From Chiloscyllium plagiosum (taxonomy: Eukaryota), in assembly GCF_004010195.1 (NCBI RefSeq), contig NC_057720.1, positions 2,618,477-2,663,129 on the forward strand: a stretch of DNA of 44,653 nucleotides, in the 5' to 3' direction. This document shows positions 25,103 through 36,764 of this stretch, piece after piece (position 1 is the stretch's first letter; every line of letters begins with the position of its first letter). The notes under the pieces are model-generated. The model was not told the origin of the DNA. It did no database searches and saw only the letters and a program-made list of their open reading frames with translations. A program made the translations under genes and the position numbers.

Positions 25103-25404
25103 TTGTTCTTCTTATTACCTACCCATCTCTAATTGTAAGAGTTGACAGTTATGTTAAAAATGTAGGTCTGGAGTCAGGTAGGTCAGGATGGCAGTTTCCT
25201 TGCCTAAAGGACATTAGTGACCCAGGTGGGCCTTCCCAATGTTGGATTTATGATCATCATTAGACTCTTAATTCCAGATTTTCATTGAATTCAAATTCCA
25301 CCATCTGCCATGACAGGTTTCGAACCTGGGTCCCCAGAACTTTACCTGGGTCTCTGAATTAACAATCCAGCTATGATGCCATTAGACCATTACCTCCCCT
25401 TGGA

Positions 25405-25661
25405 AAATGTTCAATTTTAGTATTCTCATCCTTATTCTCAAATTTCTCCAACATCTCTTACCCCTCGCTATCCTTTTTTTAAACTCCCCTCCCCCCCAGC
25501 CTTGTAACTCAGCGTTGTGTCTATACTCCTTTAGTTCTGGTCTCTTGGGCTTCCAAGGCCACCAATCTCTGGAATTCCATGCCTGCAGCTTTCAAGTTCT
25601 CTATCGCCCTCTTTTCCTTTTACAACATCCCTAACCTCTCTTCGACCTTGCTTTGACCACC
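25405..25661 (+). mobile_element. L2-type LINE 3' region, cut at 25661; its terminus lies inverted at about 26818-26925
   Basis: CTCTGGAATTCC...CCTCTCTTCGACCTTGCTTTGACCACC resembles 30350-30662 and 38310-38557; the missing TAAAGGTGCT...GCAAGTTGTTG end is on minus at 26818-26925. Confidence 0.6.
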
Positions 25662-26925
25662 AGTACCTAGGTACATTCCTGAGTTACTGAATAGAGAAAT
25701 GAAGAAACAAAATTACATTCCAGCTGTACACGGTATAACCAAATGTCAGAACAACAAGCAGCAAAGTCAAACAGACAAACATCATGTCTCTCTCCAAACG
25801 CTCTCCACAGCAGACCAACACAACAACTAATTCCTTCTTGAAACACGAGAATGAATTGGAATGAACTGGTATCCACCACACTCTCAAGCAGTACATTTAA
25901 AATTGTAAAAGTATTGCATTTATTTTAAAATATATTTTTCTACTTTCTACTTCACAATTCAATATTTCCTCCCCCTCTTTCCTTTTCTAGCTGCACCCTA
26001 TTTGTCATTATATTCACTCACACTAATTTGCCCTCTCATTCCTTATTCTGTTCAAACTCACAATGATTTCTGAGGGAGATTCACTGCTTATTGTTTTGGA
26101 CACTCAAGGCCCAGGTGTACTTTTGCCCTGACTATAACATTAACAGCTCATGCTTTCTATAACTTTGTGATCGGAAATGTTTTGAACAAAACTGCTCAGG
26201 GGGTGAGGATGAATAATGAGAGACACTGTGTGATGTTTTGGTGCACTCAGTATATGTTCCTGGTCAGCAATAAGGTCAGAATGTTATCAACGTGTTGAAG
26301 TAATGGTTTGAGATACGAGACAAAAGCCATGTAGAGGATCCAGGCATTTTACAAGTACATGCTTCTGGGAGACAGCTTTGAAAAGGATGCTTTGCATAAA
26401 TCTTTATAAAGAACAGCCTTTGGCACTTCATCCCCAGCCACACTTTGCCACATAATCACAAACAGAGTATCAGAGGAAGTGTGTATAGAGCAGTCTGGAA
26501 CATTGTCGGACTATTGATGGTCTCCTTGATGTGTGTGAGACATTACCCAGACTAACTAGCAGAGAGGTGGTCAAGTACTACAAAGCTATCATATGTTGAG
26601 CAGACTGCTACGTATTGCTCATTAACCACATGAATTTCACACTAACCACAGGGTGATATGCAAGCATTCCTGCAATCCTCCCCCTCCCTCCCCTCCTTTT
26701 GTAAGTCAAGCATTTGCAATTGAGACAACAGTATGACTGCCTCCAAGTTACCCTGCTTAACAATTCATCTGCAATCTAGGAAAAGGACAAAGTTAATGAA
26801 CTATATACACAAAGACTGCAACAACTTGCAGTTAGGCAGCACCTTTAATGTAATAAAATGCCCCAAGGCACTTCCCCAGAGTTGTATCATACAACCTTTG
26901 ACACTGGTCACAAAAGGGAAAAGAA

Positions 26926-27008
26926 AATCACACAACACCATGTTATAGTCCAACAGGTTTAATTGGAAGCACTAGCTTTCGGAGCACTGCTCCTTCATCA
27001 GGTGATTG
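26926..27008 (-). mobile_element. Penelope-like fragment, family C
   Basis: Same family as 6979 and 30663; carries an intact hammerhead core. Confidence 0.75.
26970..27004 (-). ncRNA. Minimal type I hammerhead ribozyme motif (family C)
   Basis: CAC-CUGAUGA-A-GGAGC-agu-GCUCC-GAAA-GCUA-GUG: stem I 3 bp, stem II 5 bp, AGCU palindrome, CUA triplet. Confidence 0.72.
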
Positions 27009-27234
27009 TCACTTTGTTTCTTCATTTCTCTATTCAGTAACTAAGGAATGTACCTAGGTACTCTATACCTAAGATAGCGTCGTGTGTTAGTGCCATTGTT
27101 ACACTGGAACTAATCTGTAACTGAAGAAGCTGTACCAAGGTATTTTGAAGGCCATAAGACGTAGGAGCAGAAAATAGGCCATTCATCCCATCAAGTCTGC
27201 TCCACTATTCAATCATGGCTGATAAGTTTCTCAA

Positions 27235-27363
27235 GTTTCCTGAAGAAGGGCCTGTGCCCGAAACGTCGAATCTCCTGTTCCCTGGATGCTGCCTGACCTG
27301 CTGTGCTGTTCCAGCAATAAAGTTTCAACTTTGATCTCCAGCATCTGCAGACCTCACTTTCTC
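27235..27363 (+). mobile_element. Monomeric Penelope-like terminal element, family A
   Basis: 16-bp TSD CTGATAAGTTTCTCAA (27219-27234, 27364-27379). Confidence 0.85.
27237..27270 (+). ncRNA. Minimal type I hammerhead ribozyme motif (family A)
   Basis: UUC-CUGAAGA-A-GGGC-cugu-GCCC-GAAA-CGUC-GAA: stem I 3 bp, stem II 4 bp, ACGU palindrome, GUC triplet. Confidence 0.72.
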
Positions 27364-27801
27364 CTGATAAGTTTCTCAACCCCATTCTCCCATTTTCTCC
27401 CTGTAACCCTTGAGCCACTTCAAGATCAAGAACCTATCTATCTCAGTCTTAAATACACTCAATGACCTGACCTCCACAGCCTTCAGTGAATGCCATAGAT
27501 TCGCCACTCTCTGGCTAAAGATGTTTCTCCTTATCTCTGTTCTAAAAGGTCTTCCTTTTACTCTAAGGCTGGGCTCTCGGGCCCTAGTCTCTCCTACCAA
27601 TGGAAACATCTTCCCAACATCTACTCTGTTTAGGCCATTCAGTATTCTGTAAGTTTCAATTAGATCCCCTCTCATCCTTCTAAACTCCATTGAGTATAGA
27701 CCCAGAATCCTCAAATGTTCCTTGTATATTCAGCTTTTCATTCCTGGTATCATTCTCGTGAACCTCCTCTGTACCCACCCCAGGGCCAGTGCTTCATTGA
27801 A

Positions 27802-28138
27802 TCATAGAATCCCTATAGTGTGGAAATTGGCCCTTCGGCCCAACAAGTCCACACTGACCCTCTGAAGAGTAACCCACCCAGACTCATTCCCCTACCCTAT
27901 TATCTAATACACTTAACCTACACATCCCTCGACACCATGGGCAATTTAGCAAGGCCAATTCGCCCAACCTGCACATCTTTGGATTGTGGTGGGAAATGGG
28001 GGCCCCGGGAGGAAACCCACGTAGACACGAGGCGAATGAGCAAACTCCACACAGAACAGTCGCCCAAAGCTGGAATTGAATCCGGCTCCCAGATGCTGTG
28101 AGGCAGCAGTGCTAACCACTGAACCACTATACCACCCC
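27802..28138 (-). mobile_element. HE1-type V-SINE
   Basis: Reverse-complement head, V-domain and tail. Confidence 0.9.
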
Positions 28139-28249
28139 ATCTCCTACAAGAGAGAATCTAACCATCACCCTTTGCCATTCAAAGGCATCATTATCAGTGA
28201 ATCACTCTGGGGGGGTACTATGGACCAGAAACTGAACTGGACTAGCCTT

Positions 28250-29360
28250 TTTTTTAATTCACTTGTGGGGCTTGGGTTTCACTGCCTAGGCCAGCATTTC
28301 CTATCCCATGTTGCCCTTGAGAAGGTGGGGTAAGGTGACTCCTTGAACCGCTGCAATCCATGTGCTGTAGGTAGACCCAGAATGCTCTTAGGGAGGGAAT
28401 TCCAAGATTCCGACCCAGCGACACTGAAGGAACGACAAAATATTTCCAAGTCAGGATGTGATTGACTTGGAGGGGAACTTGCAGGTGGTGGTGTTCCCAT
28501 GTATCTGCTGCCCTTGTCTTTCCAGATGGTAATGGTCATGGAATTTGAAGATGCTATATAACGATCTTTGGTAAATATCTGCAGTGCATCTTGCAGATGG
28601 TATATACTGTTGACTAGACTGTTTAGGCGGCACGGTGGCACAGTGGTTAGCACTGCTGCCTCACAGCTCCAGAGACCTGGGTTCAATTCCCGCCTCAGGT
28701 GACTGACTGTGTGGAGTTTGCACGTTCTCCCCGTGTCTGCGTGGGTTTCCTCCGGGTACTCCGGTTTCCTCCCACAGTCCAAAGATGTGCAGGTCAGGTG
28801 AATTGGCCACGCTAAATTGCCCGTAGTGTTAGGTAAAGGGTAAATGTAGGGGGTATGGGTGGGTTGCGCTTCGGCGGGGCGGTGTGGACTTGTTGGGCCG
28901 AAGGGCCTGTTTCCACACTGTAAGTAATCTAATCTAATCTAGACTTTGAGGCAGCTCTCCCATTTTTGACATTGTCATCCAGGTGGTATGAAGGAAGACT
29001 TTGCAGGTTGACAGGGCTGTTTCTGTTGTTCTTTCCATGCCTAGGTCAATGTCAGTGGTCTGTTCAATTTCATTTCTTTGTTAAGACTTTGTAGCAATTG
29101 ATAAACGGGGTAACTTGCTAGGCCATTTCAGGGGGCAGTTGACAGTCAACCACGTTACTGTGGGTCTGGAATCACGTGTAGGCCAGACTGGGCAAGGATG
29201 GCAGATTTCCTTCCCTGAAGGACATTAGTGAACCAGATGGGTTTTTCTGATACCCAACAATAATTTCATGGTCATCAGTAAATTCTTAATTCCAGAGAGT
29301 TTACTGAATTCAAATTTCACCATCTACTGTGGTGGGCTTTGAACCTGGGTCTACAGATTA
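28250..29360 (-). mobile_element. Old internally deleted LINE-like element with tRNA-like head, split by HE1
   Basis: 3' part homologous to 37200-37480 and 42960-43270; head homologous to 12650-12860. Confidence 0.68.
28626..28941 (+). mobile_element. HE1-type V-SINE, young full-length copy
   Basis: CpG-rich, intact A/B boxes, (TAATC)n tail. Confidence 0.93.
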
Positions 29361-29740
29361 GCCATGATCTTATTGATAAGGGACAATGTGGCACCATTTA
29401 ACTTCCGATAATCTCCCATCTCTGTTCAATTCAGAGTGAATTGTTTCTTGGAGAAAGATTGACATGTGCTATAAATGTTCTTGAAAGATTCTATATCTCT
29501 TCCAATTTCCATTTGAGACGTCTTAACATAATTTCCCAAATGGAAATGAAGTAAATGTGTACATCTGGCGACCAGATGGTGAAATGATGTGATCCTTAAT
29601 GAAGTGACCCGAGTGATATTTCCACCTGTGGTGTTTTAGATACATCTGCAAACAGTCAGTCCATGAGGTGTGGACCCACACAGTGAGGAACTGTCATGTC
29701 CAAAAGGTAGATGAGACCCTTCATATGAGGCAACAGCCTG

Positions 29741-30250
29741 GTAAATGCTGGAGAAACTCAGCAGGTCTGGGAGCATCTGTGGAGTAAAACTGAGTTAATT
29801 TTGAAGAAGTGTCACTAGGTGACCCGGTGGCTCAGTGGTTAGCAGTGCTGCCTCAAAGCGCCAGGAACCCAGGTTTGATTCCAGCCCCGAGCGACTGTGT
29901 GTGTGATATTCTCCCCATGTCTGTATAGGTTTCCTTCGAGAGCTCTGGTCTCCTCCCACAGTCCAAAGATGTGCAGGTTAGGTGGACTGGCCAGGCTAAA
30001 TTGCCCATAGTCTGTTGCAACATAGGTTAACCATGGGAAATATGAAGTTATAGGAATAGAATGGTTGGTTGGATCTAGATGGGATGCAGTTTGGAGGTCA
30101 GTGCACTTGATGGACCAAATGGGCTCTTGCTGCACTGTAGGGATTGTATGACTTGAAATGTTAGCTCTGTTTCTGTCTCCACAGATACTGCCAGACCTGC
30201 TGAGTTTCTCTGTTTGTTTTACATTTCTGGCACCTGCAGTATTTTGTTTT
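29741..30250 (+). mobile_element. Palindromic family D Penelope-like element split by an HE1 SINE (29818-30150) inserted in stem-loop II
   Basis: AAACTCAGCAGGTCTGG arm, TTGAAGAAGTGTCACTAG|HE1|GACTTGAAATGTT, then CCAGACCTGCTGAGTTT arm. Confidence 0.65.
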
Positions 30251-30662
30251 TATCCTTACAGATACTCTTTTTTTAATCAGCTATTGCTAAATGTACCTCA
30301 AATTTCAGGATAAAAATTAATTTTTTGTTATCATTGGCAAATGTTCTTTCAGCTATCTAGCATCCCCTTCCAAAGTCTCTCTGCCTTCTAATCTCCTCCT
30401 GGCCAACAGCTCTCTGATAGCAATTCCTTCCTTTCACCCTTGCTTCTTGAATATTCCTGGTCTTAATCGCTGCATCTTTGACCGTTGCATCTTCAGCTGC
30501 GTGGGGCTAAATTCTGGAACTTGGTTCTTAAAACTCTCTGTCTTTGCAGTTCCCTGTGTTCTTTCGACCTCATGATTGACCAACCTTTTGATCATCTATC
30601 CCAGAAACTCTGATCTGGCTCAGAGTTGAACTTCATTTGAAATTGCTTGTGTGAGAAACTTG

Positions 30663-31135
30663 TCAGAAGTCAGATGACACCAGGTTATAATCCGACAGAT
30701 GTATTTGAATTCACAAGCTTTCAGAGCAATGCTCCTTCATCAGGTGCAGTGCATTTGTCAGTTTACCTGAGGAAGGAGCAGTGCTCCAAAAGCTTGTGAT
30801 TTCAAATAAACCTTTTGGACTATAACCTGGGGTCATGTGACTTCTGATTTTAGAACATAGAACATAGAAGAATACAGCGCAGTACAGGCCCTTGGGCCCT
30901 CGATGTTGCGCCGATCCAAGCCCACCTAAACTACACTAATCCACTATCCTCCATATACCTATCCAATGCCCTCTTAAATGCCCATAAAGAGGGAGAGTCC
31001 ACCACTGTTACTGGCAGGGCATTCCATGAACTAACGACTCGCTGAGTGAAGAACCTACCCCTAACATCAGTCCTATATCTACCCCCCCTTATATCCTATA
31101 TCCACCCCAGTCCAATACCGGCACCGCCACATCAT
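30663..31135 (+). mobile_element. Palindromic family C Penelope-like element; its tail is split by a CR1 3' end (30851-31092, minus); all inside an L2-type remnant
   Basis: TCAGAAGTCA...TGACTTCTGA arms (30663-30847), minus-strand motif at 30712-30746, tail CCACCCCAGTCCAATACCGGCACC resumes at about 31102. Confidence 0.77.
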
Positions 31136-31296
31136 GATATATTTGTGTTATACTTTGTTGAGAATGTGAGATTAATACAAGCTGTTCTACTGATTTAATG
31201 TTACAATCATTATCTCATGAAATAAAACTGACCTGAACATTTGTGCTTATGATAAAATTAACTTGCATTAGTTGATGCGTTCTCCATATGTGAAAT

Positions 31297-31790
31297 TGAG
31301 GGAGTGCCACACCGTCAGAGCGTCAGTGCTGAGGGAGTGCCACACCGTCAGAGCGTCAGTGCTGAGGGAGTGCCGCACTGTCGGAGGGTCAGTACTGAAT
31401 GAGTGCTGCACTGTCGGAGGGTCAGTACTGAGTGAGTGCTGCACCGTCAGAGGGTCAGCACTAAGGGAGTGCTGCGTTGTCAGAGGGTCAGTACTGAAGG
31501 AGCGTTTCATTGTTGGAGTTGCTGTCTTTCGGTTGAGATGCTAAGCCAAGGTTCTGGCTGCCTTCTCAGTTGTATATAACTGATCCCTTGGCATTCAGTT
31601 AATGAAGAACAGGGGAGCTTGCCAGTGTCCTGGGCCATCTTTATCCTTAAAGAAACACCTGAACAAATAGGCTGTTTGTGGGAGCTTACTGTGTGCAAAT
31701 TAGTCTGTGGTTCCTTCTTTGCAATAGTGACAGCATTGGCTGTGAAGTGCTTTGGGATACCCTGTGCTGCTGAAAGGCAAGTCTTCCATT
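31297..31790 (+). mobile_element. DeuSINE (SacSINE1-like) with a tandemly amplified 33-bp unit (6 units, 31297-31494)
   Basis: Last unit runs into the Deu-domain-like GCTGTCTTTCGGTTGAGATGCTAAGCCAAGG...GATCCCTTGGCA and the tail TGAAGTGCTTTGGGAT...GAAAGGC. Confidence 0.78.
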
Positions 31791-33784
31791 TCCTCCTGGA
31801 ATGTGTCTTTGTAAAGAACATAAAGAAGGAACTGTAATGGTTTGTGTTTTGATTTATCCTGAGCAGCTCTGTGACACATCACCCTGCAGGCTGTTTCCAG
31901 GGATGCACGCTGAGACAAGTTTCTCCTGCTGCTGCAGGACATGCTTTCATTTTCCCAGCAATCTGCTGTTCCTCCCGTGCAATCAATGGTTGATGTTGGA
32001 GTGTGGAAGACTGACACATTCCAAAGCCCAGGATGATCAGCTGAATGAAGCACATAGTGCTGGGCCAGCTACTGCAGATGTCCAGTGTGTGTCTAGGTCA
32101 CTTCCTTTGTATACCAAGAGGCTGAAACCCCTTCCTAACCCATCACCTCCTCCAGACTGACCCCAACAGAAAAAATTTTATGTCATGTAAGTGAATCCTG
32201 CACAGTAAGCAGAATAAGACATTCAGAATGCATTGCCCTGCATTTAATGGTTCTATATTGCACTCTGATCTGTCAAATGGTGGTGCAGCATTGTAAATTT
32301 AGGAAAAATGCATTTGTTTGGAACACTAATTATCTGATCTGACTAGAAGCAACTCTGAAAATGCATTGCAACACCAGGCTGTCAGCCTAGGTTCTGTGTT
32401 CTAATATACATTACAAAACAGCCAAAAATGAACAAGATAAGAATCAGCAAGGATACTTAGCTAGGTCTCAGTTAATGCGAGTTTATTTCAGTTATAAAGC
32501 TTCAATTCTCCTTCGATTGCAATCTGCAAAAGGGCTCATGCTTTTCAGCATGATTTTGTGACTGAACTCTGTTCTTGTCGTGCTTTCTGACAGGTTTACC
32601 TCTTTATCCCGTGATGGTTTTTGTGACCTACTCAATCCCCAATTCAAAATATCAAAGGATGCCTGAGGTGCTCTGTCCATAGATTTATCACAGTGACTCA
32701 CGTATCAAATGATGCAGGAAGAGATGTTAAAGAGGTTTAAGAGTAGCTGTAAGGTGAGATCGTAGTCCAGAAATTGCTGGAGTATGGGGCATCTCACAGA
32801 ACGGAAGGAATTGAATTGGTTTGCTCATCTTTAAAGCTATCCTGGTAATGCACTGTGCAGTGTCGGAGGTTCACTGATCGTAACTCATTGAAGGCAACTG
32901 GGATCCCAGTCTGAGAATTTCTCTTTGCAAAGCAACACGAGGACCTGACAGTGGCCAGCTAAGGAAACCTGGAGAGTTCAAATCAAATCAGATACAGAAG
33001 GAGAAATAAAGAGAGGGAACAAAAGGTTGGATTGAGAGAGAAAAACAATGGAAAATAAAGGCTAAAGTAAGAATTTAAAGGTTGTAATATAAAAGAAAAT
33101 GACCACTTGTTTATTGCCTGGAGGAATGAGAGCTGAATGCATTTTGAAATATTGAGCTTGGAGCATTGTGCTTTAGGTCAGGATTCGGTGAAAGGCTTGC
33201 GTGAGCACCTGTCTCCTATTTCATGGGATGGTCTGTTATTCTGACAATTTGATCTGGGTCTCTTGGGAGCGGTGGGCGGAGCTTTTGTCCTGAATTCCTG
33301 GATTAGCCTGTAGAAGGCTGATCCTGTGAGTTTGAATGATTTGAGTGTAGCTGGAATATTGTGTCAGCAGCAGAGAGATGGGAATGTTCATGGGATTATG
33401 GACATGAGAGACTGCTCCAGCACTTTATCACATGGCTTGCACAAATGTTCAATCGCACGGTCAAAGTGTAACCTGAACAGACAGTCCTCCTGCTGTTGGT
33501 GTGCTGCTGTATGTAGCCCCCTATACTGGTATGTTAGAAATGCTCACCTCCAGGCAACCTGAAAAAATGAGATCGATTCTTGCTGTGATACACAAACACA
33601 TCCCTGCCTGTGGCAGATTGGAAAGGAATAACATTTCTGTATTGTGTTAGACCATTTTCAGACAGAGTTGAAGTTAAGTTCTTCACATAGAAAGAAATCA
33701 CAAGTAAGTCGACAGAATTGCAATTCCCAGCAAGACAGTAAATTATCAGGTTCAGGAAGATGGTTGATTCTTATATTCTTACAA

Positions 33785-34150
33785 TAGTAATGCCGCTGGA
33801 CTAGTAATCCAGAGACCCAGGTTAAACTCGAGGGCATGAGTTCAAATCCCATCACCGCTGATGGTGAAATTTAAATTCCGTTAATAAATCTGCATTAATT
33901 GACTGGTGACCACAGAAACATTGCCGATTGTCACAAACACCATCTGCTTCTCTAAACCCCTTCAGGGATCAAAAATATGCCAATAAAGGGAATATAATAA
34001 AGATGTCTAATGAGAGGAATGAAACCAGATAGACAATCTGGCATTGACTAAAGCACAGGAAATGATAATGTCAAGTACAGTCCTATCAACCCTGCAAAAT
34101 CCTCCTAACAAACGTCTGGTATCCTGTGTTGTCCCACAGGCTAGTCCACG
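33785..34150 (+). mobile_element. 5' part of the old tRNA-headed LINE-like element
   Basis: GGACTAGTAATCCAGAGACCCAGG...GAGTTCAAATCCCA head; homologous to minus copies at 25130-25400 and 29130-29360. Confidence 0.65.
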
Positions 34151-34316
34151 TAAAGCTGTAGAGCTGCCTTCATGTCAGAATTAGCAGCAGCTGAATCATA
34201 TTTAACCACAGCCTGTACTTTCACCACCTTGAGAGGCTCTTGTGGTGCTCTGGTAGTGTCACTACCTCTGAGGCAGAAGTCCTGGGTTCAACTCCCACCT
34301 CATCCATGTGATATGT

Positions 34317-34530
34317 CATAGAGATGTACAGCATGGAAACAGACCCTTCGGACCAGATATCCCAACCCAATCTAGTCCCACCTGCCAGCACCCGGCCCAT
34401 ATCCCTCCAAACCCTTCCTATTCATATACCCATCCAAATGCCTTTTAAATGTTGCAATTGTACCAGCCTCCACTATATCCTCTGGTGGCTCATTGCATAC
34501 ATGTACCACCTTCTGTGTGAAAACGTTGCC
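34317..34530 (-). mobile_element. CR1 3' end (probably a hybrid of two copies)
   Basis: Same family as 35467-36360; shares a roughly 20-bp 3' UTR deletion with it. Confidence 0.85.
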
Positions 34531-35142
34531 TGGCCCAGATTTTGTTGCATTTGAACATGGACTGCTTCAGTGTCTGTGGAGGGTGAATGGTGCTGAACAC
34601 TGCACAATCATCGGCGATCATCCCCACTTCTGACCTTATGATGGAGGGAAAATCATTGATGAAGCAGCTGAAGATGGTTGGACCCAGAACACTACCCTGA
34701 CGGACTCCTGCAGAGGTGTCCTGAAGCTGAGATGACTAACCCTCAAAACACCACAACCATCTTCCTTTGTGTCAGGTATGACTCCAACTAGCAGAGAGTT
34801 TGCCCCCTGATACCCATTGATTCCAGTTTTGCTTGGGCTACTTGATGCCACATTTAGTCGAATCCAGCCTTGATGTCAAGGGCTGTCACTCTCATCTTCC
34901 CTCTGGAATTCAGTTCTTTTGTCTATGTTTGAACCAAGGCTGTAATGAGGTCAGGAGCTGAGTGAGCCCGGCAGAACCGGAACTGGGCATCACTGATGTT
35001 GTTTACAGGACATACCTGGTCAATTCTCCATTTTGTCAGGTAGATGCCAGTGTTGTAGCTTGAACAGTTGGCTAGGGGAGCAGCAAGATCTAGAGCACTG
35101 GTCTTCATTAATATTGTTGGAATCTTTGTACAGCAGAGCATA
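34531..35142 (-). mobile_element. Middle part of the old LINE (RT region), inverted relative to its 5' and 3' parts
   Basis: Left end is colinear with 43727-43766. Confidence 0.75.
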
Positions 35143-35466
35143 TAGAGTTATAGAATCATAGAAATGTACAGCACGGAAACATTCCAACTCGTCCATGCCG
35201 ACCAGATAAAACAATCCAAGCTAGCCCCACCTGCCAGCACCCGGCCCATAACCCTCCAAACCCTTCCTATTCATATACCCATCCAAATGCCTCTTAAATG
35301 TTGCAATCGTACCAGCCTCCACCACTTCCTCTGGCAGCTCATTCCATACACGTACCACCCTCTGGGTGAAAATGTTGCCCCTTAGGTCTCTTTTATAACT
35401 TTCCCCTCTCACCAGACCTCTAGTTCTGGACTCCCCTGGTGTATTTATCCTATCCATGCCACTCAT
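35143..35466 (-). mobile_element. CR1 3' portion
   Basis: ORF 35221..35490 FTQRVVRVWNELPEEVVEAG. Confidence 0.88.
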
Positions 35467-36360
35467 GATGAAGTTTGCAGATGACACCAAAATTGGAAGT
35501 GTAGTGGACAGCGAAGAAGGTTACTTCAGATTACAACAGGATCTTGATCAGATGGGCCAATGGGCTGAGAAGTGGCAGGTGGAGTTTAATTCAGATAAAT
35601 GTGAGGTGCTGCATTTTGGGAAAGTAAGTCTTAGCAGGAGTTATGCACTTAATGGTAAGGTCCTAGGGAATGTTGCTGAACAAAGAAACCTTGGAGTGCA
35701 GGTTCATAGCTCCTTGAAAGTGGAGTCGCAGGTAGATAGGATAGTGAAGAAGGCGTTTGGTATGCTTTCCTATTGGTCAGAATATTGAGTACAGGAGTTG
35801 GGAGTTCATGTTGCGGCTGTACAGGACATTGGTTAGGCCACTGTTGGAATATTGCATGCAAATCTGGTCTCCTTCCTATCGGAGAGATGTTGTGAAACTT
35901 GAAAGGGTTCAGAAAAGATTTACAAGGATGTTGTCAGGGTTAGAGGATTTGAGCTATAGGGAGAGGTTGAACAGGATGTTTTCCCTGGAGAGTCGGAGGC
36001 TGAGGGGTGCCCTTATAGAGGCTTACAAAATCATGAGGGGCATGGATAGGATAAATAGACAAAATATTTTCCCTGGGGTGGGAGAGTCCAGAACTCGAGG
36101 GCATAGGTTTAGGGTGAGAGGGGAAAGATATAAAAGAGACCTAAGGAGCAACTTTTTCATGCAAAGGGTGGTACGTGTATGGAATGAGCTACCAGAGGAA
36201 GTGGTGGAGGCTAGTACAACTGCAACATTTAAAAGGCATTTGGATGGGTATATGAATAGAAAGGGTTTGGATGGATATGGGCCGGGTGCTGGCAGGTGGG
36301 ACTAGATTGGGTTAGGATATCTGGTCTGAAGGGTCTGTTTCCATGCTGTACATCTCTATG
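35467..36360 (+). mobile_element. Young CR1 from KFADDTK to the 3' end
   Basis: ORFs 35456..35788 and 35757..36305 (single frameshift). Confidence 0.93.
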
Positions 36361-36764
36361 ACATATCACATGGATGAGGTGGGAGTTGAACCCAGGACTT
36401 CTGCCTCAGAGGTAGTGACACTATCAGAGCACCACAAGAGCCTCTCAAGGTGGTGAGAGTACAGGCTGTGGTTAAATATGATTCAGCTGCTGCTAATTCT
36501 GACATGAAGGCAGCTCTACAGCTTTACGTGGACTAGCCTGTGGGACAGCACAGGATACCAGACGTTTGTTAGGAGGATTTTGCAGGGTTGATAGGACTGT
36601 ACTTGACATTATCATTTCCTGTGCTTTAGTCAATGCCAGATTGTCTATCTGGTTTCATTCCTCTCATTAGACATCTTTATTATATTCCCTTTATTGGCAT
36701 ATTTTTGATCCCTGAAGGGGTTTAGAGAAGCAGATGGTGTTTGTGACAATCGGCAACGTTTCTG

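Larger units (their letters stand above)
27153..27790 (-). mobile_element. CR1 3' portion
   Basis: ORF 27376..27714 FRRMRGDLIETYR...FSQRVANLWHSL. Confidence 0.9.
33913..36764. repeat. Inverted duplication: 33913 to about 34400 versus 36764 to about 36280
   Basis: Gap-free reverse-complement match, about 4 mismatches in the first 405 bp by my count. Confidence 0.95.

Noticed and set aside
28626..28700. tRNA genes
   Set aside because: A/B boxes belong to SINE heads and continue into the V-domain; no complete cloverleaf.
33485..33528. Hydrophobic stretch ending in a phase-1 GTATGT donor
   Set aside because: Weak acceptor, in-frame stop just upstream, no resemblance to the COL24A1 signal peptide.
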